From: Verrucomicrobiota bacterium
GTDB taxonomy: Bacteria; Verrucomicrobiota; Verrucomicrobiia; Limisphaerales; JADLHS01
Assembly: GCA_035327385.1 (NCBI GenBank)
Contig: DAOLDN010000002.1
Coordinates: 1-39,546, forward strand
Length of the DNA stretch: 39,546 nucleotides
Direction: 5' to 3'
Shown here piece after piece: positions 9,256 through 16,668 of the stretch (within the stretch, counting starts at the first letter, position 1; each line of letters begins with the position of its first letter). A program made the position numbers and the translations under genes. The notes under the pieces were generated by a model. That model was not told where the DNA came from. It saw nothing but the letters and a program-made list of their open reading frames with translations, and ran no database searches.

Positions 9256-10002
9256 TCATTCGACCCAGGCACGGCACGAAACGTTCAAATCCCCGGCTCG
9301 AACAGCCAGCGCGCCGATGAAACCATCCGCCGGCTGCAAATCGGTCAACGTCCACGCCGCCGCCTCGCCGGGCCGGCCTTCAACTTCCAACACCCGCGCC
9401 GGTTCGCCGGGATGAACAGAAATCTCAACGCGACGGATGGATTCAACCAGCGCCCCGCCCGTCGCCTTTAGCCACGCTTCTTTGCGCGTCCAAAGCCGCA
9501 GGAACGCTTCGGCGCGCGAGGCTTCGGACAGTTGACCCAACGCGTTGCTCTCCCTTTGCGTGAAAAAGCGGGCGGCGATCTCCGATGCCAGCTTTGCGGG
9601 ACGTGTGTGTTCGATGTCCACTCCCACGGGACAACCGCTTGTCACGGCGATGAGCGCCAGCCCTGACGAATGAGAGAGGTTGAATCGCAACAAGCCTGCC
9701 GCCGTCCCGGCCAGTTCCGGTTTGCCGTGCGGTCCGTAAGAAAACTTCAGTGCGGCGGGGTCCAGTGACAGCGCGCCGCCCAGCAACCGACGCAACATGG
9801 CGCGCCCAACAATGTAATGATTCCGTCCGCTGGCGAACTTGAAGCGACCGGCACGATCCCGTTCGTCCGGCGAAAGCGTCTGGAACAATCCGTCAACGCG
9901 GGCTTGCGGCAGATCAAGGTCAATGCACCAGACATGGACTACATCGGCAGCGGGCGCGGCTTCCGGTGTGCCCGGATTCCACAACAGTTTGCGCGTCGCC
10001 AT
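9256..10002 (-). CDS. 4'-phosphopantetheinyl transferase, Sfp type
   Basis: SPDERDRAGRF, KFSYGPHGKPEL, FNLSHS, GVDIE and WTRKEAWLKATG motifs. The start is uncertain: ATG at 10002, or further upstream at 10101. Confidence 0.8.
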   Translation of the reverse strand: MATRKLLWNPGTPEAAPAADVVHVWCIDLDLPQARVDGLFQTLSPDERDRAGRFKFASGRNHYIVGRAMLRRLLGGALSLDPAALKFSYGPHGKPELAGTAAGLLRFNLSHSSGLALIAVTSGCPVGVDIEHTRPAKLASEIAARFFTQRESNALGQLSEASRAEAFLRLWTRKEAWLKATGGALVESIRRVEISVHPGEPARVLEVEGRPGEAAAWTLTDLQPADGFIGALAVRAGDLNVSCRAWVE

Positions 10003-10116
10003 GCAGCGCAGACTAACCGGATGACGGTTTCGATGCAATTGGAGCACGAAATTTGCATCTGACCGGATGGGGGGGACAGCCATGCCTCGGCATCCATCCA
10101 ATGCGCGGCTGGCGCT

Positions 10117-10671
10117 TCACGTTGCGGGCTCGGCCAGCAGTTTTTTGACGACTGTCTCAACGTGCTGAGGTTGCAGTCCGACAACGCGCACGATTCCTTT
10201 GCGATCAATGACGGCGTAGGTGGGATAATATTGCACCGCCCAGTCCTGCTGCGATTTAAGTTCCGTGTCCAGAGCAACCGGATATTCCACATTGTGTTGC
10301 TTCGCGTTGGATTCAAAAACCTCCTGTCCTCGCTTGCTGGTGCAAACACCGATAACCACCAGGCCCTCCGACTTGTATTTCTTGAGCATTTCGTTGTTGT
10401 GAGGAATGGCCTTCATGCAAGGGCCGCACCAGGTGGCATAGAAATCCACGACCACGACCTTGCCTTTCATGTCGGCCGGCTTGACTTCGCCATTGATCCA
10501 GTTGGTGACGCTCAACGCGGGCATGGGTTTGCCCTCCAGTGCAGCGTGCTTCTCGCGCATCTTTGGGTTGGTGTCCCAAGTCCAACTGTCGGGAAATTCG
10601 GCTGCGTGCGCAACGAGCATGATCAATGCGACCATGCCAAGGCCGCTGAGAAGGAGTTTCTTGGTGTTCAT
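10117..10671 (-). CDS. TlpA/ResA-like periplasmic thiol-disulfide oxidoreductase (thioredoxin fold)
   Basis: Signal/anchor sequence MNTKKLLLSGLGMVALIMLVAHA and the motif VVVDFYATWCGPC. Confidence 0.85.
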   Translation of the reverse strand: MNTKKLLLSGLGMVALIMLVAHAAEFPDSWTWDTNPKMREKHAALEGKPMPALSVTNWINGEVKPADMKGKVVVVDFYATWCGPCMKAIPHNNEMLKKYKSEGLVVIGVCTSKRGQEVFESNAKQHNVEYPVALDTELKSQQDWAVQYYPTYAVIDRKGIVRVVGLQPQHVETVVKKLLAEPAT

Positions 10672-10928
10672 GGCAAAAGAATCGTCTCATCCAACTGAAA
10701 TTGCAAACAGGATTCCCGCACGATTCCCGCACGAAACGGGAAGCCTCCACAAATTGAAGACCGCCGGATACGGCGGAACGCGCAGTTGGCAGCAGTCCAC
10801 GCTTCGGTTGATTTAGATCGCGGACAACAACTTTCAGATTACAGGGTGGTCTGTCGCTGCGGGTTCTGATCTTTGTCGGCAACAACTCGACGTGTCCGGC
10901 AAGTTTTTGCCTTTAGCCCGCGACGGGA

Positions 10929-12527
10929 ATGTCTCATCCTGCTGCCGTGGCTGGACTCATTGCAATTGTAGGAAGACCCAACGTCGGCAAATCCGCGCTG
11001 TTCAATCGCATCGTCGGACGCCGCATTGCCATCGTTCATGACATGCCGGGTGTGACGCGCGACCGCGTGACCGCCGAGGCCGAATGGCGCGGGCGCCCGT
11101 TCACACTGGTGGACACAGGCGGCATCGGACTTCTGCGCCGCGAAAAAGCCAATGACGTCATCGTGAAGGCGGCGGTCGAGCAGGTGGACATCGCGATCGA
11201 ATCGGCGAACGTCATCATCCTGGTCGTCAATGTGCAGGAAGGCATCGTGCCTTTGGACCGCGAAGTGGCGCAGCGTCTGCGCAAGTGTGGCAAGCCCGTG
11301 CTGGTGGCGGTCAACAAGGTGGACAATCGCGGTGTCGAACCGCAATCGCTCGAATTCGCTGAACTGGGTTTTGAGAAGTTGTTTCCCGTCACGGCCATTC
11401 ACGGCGAAGGCATCGAAGCGTTGATGGACGCGGCGTGCGCCCTGCTGCCCAGCGTTGAGAGTTCCAAGTTGGAAGGTGAAGGTTCCATAGACTCGGACGG
11501 TCATGGAAATGAGCAACTGGCAACCTGCAACCTGCAACCTGCAACTCCTTTGAAGCTCGCCATCGTCGGCAGACCAAACGTCGGCAAATCCTCCATCATC
11601 AACGCGCTCACGAAATCGGAACGAGTCATTGTCAGTCCGGTGGCGGGGACGACTCGCGATTCGGTTGATGTGCCGTTCGAGGTGGAAACGGAAGGTGTAC
11701 GGCAGAAATACATTTTGATAGACACCGCCGGCATGCGAAAGACGCGGCGCGTGGACGACACGGTGGAATTCTTCAGCGTTCAACGGGCCGAGGACTCCAT
11801 CGAGCGTTGCGACATCGCCGTACTGGTGCTCGACGCCGAGAGCGGGATTCTGGAGCAGGACAAGAAAATTGCCGACAAGATCGTCGCGGCGCGCAAGGCG
11901 TGCATCCTGGTCGTCAACAAATGGGATCTGTACGAGGAAACCGTGCGCAAGGCGCGCGAGGAGGAAATCGAACGGCGCAACAGCGACACGAAGCACGGCG
12001 AGCCGGAGCGGATGACGACGTTGTCCGATTTCGCCGGCTGGGTGCAGGAGAAGTTGTTCTTTCTGGACTACGCGCCGGTGATCTTCACGTCGGCCAAAAG
12101 CGGCTTTCATCTGGATCGTTTGTTGGAAGCGGTGCGTTACGTGGCGGCGCAGTTGCAGCAGAAGATTCCCACCTCGATCCTGAACCGCACCCTTCGCGAT
12201 GCCGTGGAGCGCCGCCAGCCGGTCAGCGCGCAGGGTCATCGGTTGAAGTTTTATTACGCGACGCAGGTCAGGGAATCACCGCCCACATTCCTGCTGTTTG
12301 TGAATCGTGACGAACTGTTTTCCGAGCCGTATAAGAAATTTCTCGCCGGTGAAATGCGCAAGGCGTTCGGCTACGAAGGCTGTCCCGTGGTGCTCGTTCC
12401 CAAACCGCGCCCAAAGACCATCGAGCCTGTGCGCGTGCGTCGTGAACAGGCGAGAAAGAAACGACCCTTCCCGGACGCCAGGCAGTCGCGTTTCAAAAGC
12501 CAATCCAGACGGCGCCACAAGCGTTGA
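10929..12527 (+). CDS. der: Ribosome-biogenesis GTPase Der (EngA) with two G domains, a KH-like domain and a basic C-terminal tail
   Basis: Two P-loops (IVGRPNVGKSALFN and IVGRPNVGKSSIIN), DTGG/DTAG and NKVD/NKWD motifs. Confidence 0.93.
   Translation: MSHPAAVAGLIAIVGRPNVGKSALFNRIVGRRIAIVHDMPGVTRDRVTAEAEWRGRPFTLVDTGGIGLLRREKANDVIVKAAVEQVDIAIESANVIILVVNVQEGIVPLDREVAQRLRKCGKPVLVAVNKVDNRGVEPQSLEFAELGFEKLFPVTAIHGEGIEALMDAACALLPSVESSKLEGEGSIDSDGHGNEQLATCNLQPATPLKLAIVGRPNVGKSSIINALTKSERVIVSPVAGTTRDSVDVPFEVETEGVRQKYILIDTAGMRKTRRVDDTVEFFSVQRAEDSIERCDIAVLVLDAESGILEQDKKIADKIVAARKACILVVNKWDLYEETVRKAREEEIERRNSDTKHGEPERMTTLSDFAGWVQEKLFFLDYAPVIFTSAKSGFHLDRLLEAVRYVAAQLQQKIPTSILNRTLRDAVERRQPVSAQGHRLKFYYATQVRESPPTFLLFVNRDELFSEPYKKFLAGEMRKAFGYEGCPVVLVPKPRPKTIEPVRVRREQARKKRPFPDARQSRFKSQSRRRHKR
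11454..11557. repeat. Heptamer-tiled imperfect hairpin embedded in frame in the der inter-G-domain linker
   Basis: The right arm is GCAACTG GCAACCT GCAACCT GCAACCT GCAACTC (11523-11557). The left arm, GTTGAGA GTTCCAA GTTGGAA GGTGAAG GTTCCAT (11454-11488), is about 70 % complementary to it by hand alignment. The element encodes SVESSKLEGEGS...EQLATCNLQPATP. Confidence 0.6.
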
Positions 12528-12618
12528 ACGGAAATGGTTTCGCCGACAGTTGTTTTCCAAAATCGAAAATTCGGCCTGCATAGGCCATCTACGCGCGGGC
12601 CCGGGAAAATGGGTTGCG

Positions 12619-12647
12619 TTGACACTTCGGCGACGCGCGTCTAGCCT
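12619..12647 (+). promoter_or_regulatory. Possible sigma-70 promoter for the lol operon (TTGACA, 17 nt, TAGCCT)
   Basis: A perfect -35 hexamer at 12619-12624 and a weak -10 at 12642-12647, just upstream of the ATG at 12656. Confidence 0.3.
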
Positions 12648-12655
12648 GCGCGGGC

Positions 12656-13927
12656 ATGTCTGGATTGCCGTTTGAATTGCTCCTCGCGCTGCGTTATCTG
12701 CGGCCCAAACGGACTTTTGTCTCCATTATCACGCTCATCTCCGTGCTTGGCGTCACGCTGGGCGTCGGCGTCCTCATCATCGTCATCAGCGTCATGAGCG
12801 GTTTCGACAAGCAGCTTCAGGACAAGATCATGGGCTTCAACACGCACATGAAAATCGGCGAACGCAACAAATCGCTCGCCGATTACGAATGGGCGATGAG
12901 CGTGGTGCGCTCCAACGCCAACGTGAGAGGCGTGACTCCGTTCGTTCTGGGCCAGGTGCTTGTGGAGACGCAGCCCGAACAGGGACAGTCCCTGGTCAGC
13001 GCGCCGTTCGTGCGGGGCGTGGACGTTGAACTTGAATCCGAAGTCAGCGTGCTGCCCAAAAGCGTGATCTTTGGCGAATTCAACCTGGCGGGTCAGGGAT
13101 TGGTCGTCGGCTCCGACTTCGCCAGCAATATGGGCATCTCAGTTGGCGACAGGCTTTCCATTTATTCGCCGCGCGAACTGCGCCGCATGAAGGACGCGCG
13201 CGGCGGCACAAATGAGATCGCCGTGTTGCCGGACGAATACGAGGTGCGCGGCATCTTCAACGTGGGTTATTACGAGTACGACAGCATGGTGGTGGTCACG
13301 TCGCTGGAGAACGCGCAGGACCTTTACGATCTCGACGACACGGTTCACGGGTTGATGGTCATGCTGAAAGACCCCTACAAAGCCCCGCAGGTGCGACGCG
13401 AATTGTTCGATCATCTCGGACGGGAGTTTCAAATCACCATTTGGACCGAGGAAAACTCCGCCATTCTCAACGCCATCGCCGTCGAGAAACAGGTGATGTT
13501 CTACATCCTCACATTCATCGTCATCGTCGCCGCGCTCTGCATTCTCAGCGCGCAAATCGTATTCGTGGTCCAGAAGACGCGCGAGATCGGCATGTTGAAG
13601 GCGCTGGGGGCGACGCGTTTTCAGGTCACGGCGTTGTTTCTCAGCCAGAGCGCGATCATCGGAGTGTTCGGCGTTGCCATCGGCTACGGATTCGGGATGC
13701 TGGCGCTGGCTTACCGCAACGAGTTTCTGCATTTCATGAACCGCAGCACCGGCTTTGAACTGTTCCCCGCGTCCATCTACGGCTTTGCCGAGCTGCCGGC
13801 GCTCATCGTCGGCCCGGACATCGCGCTCATCTGCGGTGTGTCATTTGTCATTTGCATGCTGGGCGGTGCAATCCCCGCGTGGCAGGCAGGCCGCCTCAAT
13901 CCCGTGGAGGCGCTGCGCTATGAGTAG
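12656..13927 (+). CDS. Lipoprotein-releasing system permease, LolC/LolE family (MacB-like periplasmic core plus FtsX domain)
   Basis: FELLLALRYLRPKR N-terminus, a C-terminal FtsX-type 4-TM architecture, and lolD downstream. Confidence 0.85.
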   Translation: MSGLPFELLLALRYLRPKRTFVSIITLISVLGVTLGVGVLIIVISVMSGFDKQLQDKIMGFNTHMKIGERNKSLADYEWAMSVVRSNANVRGVTPFVLGQVLVETQPEQGQSLVSAPFVRGVDVELESEVSVLPKSVIFGEFNLAGQGLVVGSDFASNMGISVGDRLSIYSPRELRRMKDARGGTNEIAVLPDEYEVRGIFNVGYYEYDSMVVVTSLENAQDLYDLDDTVHGLMVMLKDPYKAPQVRRELFDHLGREFQITIWTEENSAILNAIAVEKQVMFYILTFIVIVAALCILSAQIVFVVQKTREIGMLKALGATRFQVTALFLSQSAIIGVFGVAIGYGFGMLALAYRNEFLHFMNRSTGFELFPASIYGFAELPALIVGPDIALICGVSFVICMLGGAIPAWQAGRLNPVEALRYE

Positions 13928-14011
13928 CTCAATGCCCAATGTTCAATGCCCAATGACTAATGAGCAATGTTCATTGTTCATTGTTCATTGGCCATTGATC
14001 ATTTCCCATTT
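13928..14011. repeat. 84-bp heptamer-tiled hairpin: six NNCAATG units followed by six NNCATTG-like units
   Basis: ctcaatg cccaatg ttcaatg cccaatg actaatg agcaatg | ttcattg ttcattg ttcattg gccattg atcattt cccattt. It fills the lolCE-lolD spacer exactly. Confidence 0.85.
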
Positions 14012-14023
14012 CGGAGGTGTGCA

Positions 14024-14698
14024 GTGAATCTTCCACTTTTGGATGCACAGGGTCTGACCAAGACCTACGTCATCGGCCGCCGTTCACTGGAGGTGTTGAA
14101 GGGCGTGAACCTGAACGTCGCTCGCGGGGAATTCCTCGCGTTGCGCGGGGCGTCCGGCGCGGGCAAGAGCACGTTGCTGCATCTGTTGGGTGGTCTGGAC
14201 ACTCCCAACGCGGGCGAAGTGCGGTTCGACGGTCGCAACATCGCCAGCCAGTCCGACCGCGCCCTGACCAGATTCCGCAACCAGAAGATCGGTTTTGTTT
14301 TCCAAGCGTATCATCTGTTGCCCGAACTGGACGCATTGGAGAATGTTTGTCTTCCCGCGCGCATGGCTCGTGTGCCCGTGGACGCCGCCGTGGAACGCGC
14401 TCGCGGATTGCTGGAACGTGTCGGGTTGAAGGACCGCATTGAGCACAAGCCCTACGAACTGTCCGGTGGCGAACAACAGCGTGTGGCCATTGCCCGCGCT
14501 CTGATCAACAAACCGGAACTGCTGCTGGCCGACGAACCCACGGGCAATCTCGATTCACACACCGGCGGAGAAATCATTGACCTGCTCTGCGGTCTGTGGT
14601 CGGAACAGGATACCACGCTGGTCATCGCCACGCATGACACGAACGTGGCGGCCCGCGCGCCGCGAGTCATTCAGTTGGTGGACGGACAAATTTCGTGA
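14024..14698 (+). CDS. lolD: Lipoprotein-releasing system ATP-binding protein LolD
   Basis: Walker A GASGAGKST, signature LSGGEQQRVAIARA and Walker B LLLADEPTGNLD. The start is set at the GTG at 14024, 6 nt after GGAGG. The track start at 13967 lies inside the hairpin repeat. Confidence 0.88.
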   Translation: MNLPLLDAQGLTKTYVIGRRSLEVLKGVNLNVARGEFLALRGASGAGKSTLLHLLGGLDTPNAGEVRFDGRNIASQSDRALTRFRNQKIGFVFQAYHLLPELDALENVCLPARMARVPVDAAVERARGLLERVGLKDRIEHKPYELSGGEQQRVAIARALINKPELLLADEPTGNLDSHTGGEIIDLLCGLWSEQDTTLVIATHDTNVAARAPRVIQLVDGQIS

Positions 14699-14701
14699 CG
14701 T

Positions 14702-14777
14702 GTTGCGTATTGCGTATTGCGTCAAGTAACAGGCGGAAAGGCTCGGCGAATTCTTGACGCAATACGCAACACGCAAC
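14702..14777. repeat. Heptamer-tiled hairpin with 25-nt arms (24/25 complementary) and a 26-nt loop
   Basis: GTTGCGTATTGCGTATTGCGTCAAG (14702-14726) pairs with CTTGACGCAATACGCAACACGCAAC (14753-14777). The arms are built from TTGCGTA heptamers. Confidence 0.9.
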
Positions 14778-14788
14778 ACGCTCCCGTC

Positions 14789-15364
14789 ATGACCGATTGG
14801 GAATCACTGTATCAAGCCGGCGACATGCGTTGGGAAAAGGGCGCGCCATCGCCCGGGCTGGTGGACTTTCTGGCGTCGCACGCCCAGCTCCCGGAACAAA
14901 CCGTTTGCGTGCCCGGCGGCGGAACGGGCCACGACGCGTTGGAATGGGCGAAGGCGGGATTCCGTGTTTACGGCTACGACATCGCCCCAAGCGCCGTCCG
15001 GTTGAGCGCACAGCGAGCGGCTGCCGCCGGAGTGCCCGTTCAATTCCGACAGGCGGATTTTTTGCGAGATGAACCGCCGTTTCCGTTCGACTGGATTTTT
15101 GAGCACACGCTGTTCTGCGCCATCCAGCCGGTTGAGCGCGACCTCTACATTCGCGCCGTGCAACGCTGGCTCAAACCCGGAGGAAATTATCTCGCCATCA
15201 ATTACATCATCACCGAGGACGACGACGGCCCGCCCTTTCCTTGCACACGCGAGGAATTGGTCCGGCGCTTCTCGCCACATTTCGATTTGATTCAGGACCA
15301 TGTGCCGCGCTCGTATCCAAACCGCGAAGGTCGCGAGCGGTTGTTCTGGTGGAAGCGAAGATGA
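14789..15364 (+). CDS. SAM-dependent methyltransferase, TPMT (thiopurine/thiol/halide methyltransferase)-like
   Basis: W..LY..G...WEKG N-terminal motif and the SAM motif I VCVPGGGTGHDA. The start is trimmed to the ATG at 14789, downstream of the hairpin. Confidence 0.75.
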   Translation: MTDWESLYQAGDMRWEKGAPSPGLVDFLASHAQLPEQTVCVPGGGTGHDALEWAKAGFRVYGYDIAPSAVRLSAQRAAAAGVPVQFRQADFLRDEPPFPFDWIFEHTLFCAIQPVERDLYIRAVQRWLKPGGNYLAINYIITEDDDGPPFPCTREELVRRFSPHFDLIQDHVPRSYPNREGRERLFWWKRR

Positions 15365-15468
15365 AGCTTCAACATCCAAGCACCAAGCACCAGAGAAGCT
15401 CCAAACTTCAAGCTCCAAACCACGGGCAGTGGATTGATGTCTGGTTCTCGAAGTTTCTCTGGAGCTTT
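15365..15468. repeat. Imperfect long hairpin with roughly 7-nt periodic arms
   Basis: Left arm AGCTTCA ACATCCA AGCACCA AGCACCA GAGAAGC TCCAAAC TTCAAGC TCCAAAC. The right arm ...GGTTCTCGAAGTTTCTCTGGAGCTT pairs as AAGCTCC/GGAGCTT and AAACTTC/GAAGTTT with bulges. Confidence 0.6.
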
Positions 15469-15479
15469 ATGAACAGCCA

Positions 15480-16544
15480 ATGAACGTTGTCTCCCTCGCC
15501 CGTCACGCCATGGCAACGCGATTTGAAATCGTGCTTTATGGGGACAATGTCGTCGCACTGCGCGCCGCCGGCGAGGAGGCAATGGACGAAATCTGCCGCT
15601 TGGAGAATCAACTCAGTCTTTATCGTGCCACCAGCGAGATTGCCCAACTCAACGCCCGTGCCGCTCGTGAACCGGTGCGGGTCACGCCGGAATTATTTTC
15701 ATTGCTGCAACACGCCGCGAAGCTGTCGGCTGAAACTGAGGGCGCGTTCGACATCACCGTCGCGCCGCTCGTACGCTGCTGGGGTTTCATGGGTGGAAAT
15801 AGTGCGCCACGGCAAAGAATGAACGGACCCACCCCTGACCTCTCCTGGGAGGGGTCAGGGGTGGGTTGGTCCGCAACTGATGGACGTGTTCCAACCGACG
15901 AGGATCTAGCAGCAGCCCGCGACGTCGTCGGCATGCGACTTGTGGAATTGAGCGAGCGCGAATGCTCGGTCCGCTTTGCACGTCCCGGCGTGATGCTGGA
16001 TTTGGGTGCCATCGGCAAAGGTTACGCCGTGGAACGCGCAGCCACAGTCCTTCTCGAAGCCGGTGTGACGAGCGCATTGCTGCACGGCGGAACGAGCACC
16101 CTCCGTGCAATCGGAGCGCCTCCAGACGCAAAGGGTTGGAAGATTGCCGTGAATCTTCCGGTCGCGCCGGAGCGCCGATCTCCGACCCGGCTCGACACGG
16201 ATCAGAAGCACGCCGGGTCGGAGACCGGGGCTCCAGTCGTGTTTGAACTGCGCAATGAATCGTTGTCCGTCTCCGCCGTGTGGGGCAGGTCGTTTGAATC
16301 CAGGGGCGAAACGTTCGGTCACGTCATTGATCCGCGCACTGGCCGGCCCGTATCGGGTGCGGTGCTGGCCGCAGTCGTCCTGCCATCAGCAACGGAAACC
16401 GACGCACTTTCCACGGCGTTGATGGTGTCGGGGTACGCAGGAGGCCGCGTGTTGTCGGAGTTGCGTCCCCAGGTCAAGACGCTGCTTGTTATGACGGACG
16501 GAGAACGGTTGGGCATTGAGCGACGCGGCTTTCCACCGGCATAG
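15480..16544 (+). CDS. apbE: FAD:protein FMN transferase (ApbE family)
   Basis: AFDITVAPLV..WGF, LGAIGKGYAVE and FGHVIDPRTGRP motifs. Confidence 0.88.
   Translation: MNVVSLARHAMATRFEIVLYGDNVVALRAAGEEAMDEICRLENQLSLYRATSEIAQLNARAAREPVRVTPELFSLLQHAAKLSAETEGAFDITVAPLVRCWGFMGGNSAPRQRMNGPTPDLSWEGSGVGWSATDGRVPTDEDLAAARDVVGMRLVELSERECSVRFARPGVMLDLGAIGKGYAVERAATVLLEAGVTSALLHGGTSTLRAIGAPPDAKGWKIAVNLPVAPERRSPTRLDTDQKHAGSETGAPVVFELRNESLSVSAVWGRSFESRGETFGHVIDPRTGRPVSGAVLAAVVLPSATETDALSTALMVSGYAGGRVLSELRPQVKTLLVMTDGERLGIERRGFPPA
15825..15872. repeat. GC-rich palindrome in frame inside apbE
   Basis: ACCCACCCCTGACC (15827-15840) pairs perfectly with GGTCAGGGGTGGGT (15853-15866), and the stem extends with one mismatch toward the loop. 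It encodes GPTPDLSWEGSGVGWS. Confidence 0.8.
16169..16234. repeat. Second palindromic element in frame inside apbE (66 bp, 22 codons)
   Basis: GGAGCGCCGATCTCCGACCCGGC (16169-16191) pairs with GCCGGGTCGGAGACCGGGGCTCC (16212-16234), 21/23 complementary with a 20-nt loop. It encodes ERRSPTRLDTDQKHAGSETGAP. Confidence 0.8.
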
Positions 16545-16614
16545 GAGCGCGGGCAGCTCGCCCGCAACTTCCAGTTGTTGGTCTTGAAACTCGCGGGCGA
16601 GCTGCCCGCGCTCC
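16544..16614. repeat. Perfect 22-bp inverted repeat (GGAGCGCGGGCAGCTCGCCCGC ... GCGGGCGAGCTGCCCGCGCTCC) with a 27-nt loop
   Basis: It starts at the last base of the apbE stop codon. There is no T-run after it, so it is not a canonical intrinsic terminator. Confidence 0.9.
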
Positions 16615-16668
16615 TGTCCGGCTATTTGACCGTTGAAAACGGGGCCGGGCGCGACTAGTTTCAGCCAG

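Noticed and set aside
10839-12239. A 466-aa ORF antisense to der. Similar long antisense or off-frame ORFs occur at 2110-3108, 4313-5464, 7005-8333, 20142-20840, 24295-25686, 26285-26956, 28183-29316 and 14804-15418.
   Set aside because: Each overlaps a gene with strong family motifs on the other strand or in another frame. Their translations are Arg/Gly/His/Val-rich, low-plausibility sequence typical of stop-poor frames in high-GC DNA.
13928-15468. The possibility that the periodic short repeats are a CRISPR array or a coding tandem repeat.
   Set aside because: The units are 7 nt with no spacers, arranged as inverted half-arrays (hairpins) confined to intergenic spacers. There are no cas genes and no 25-40-bp repeat/spacer periodicity.
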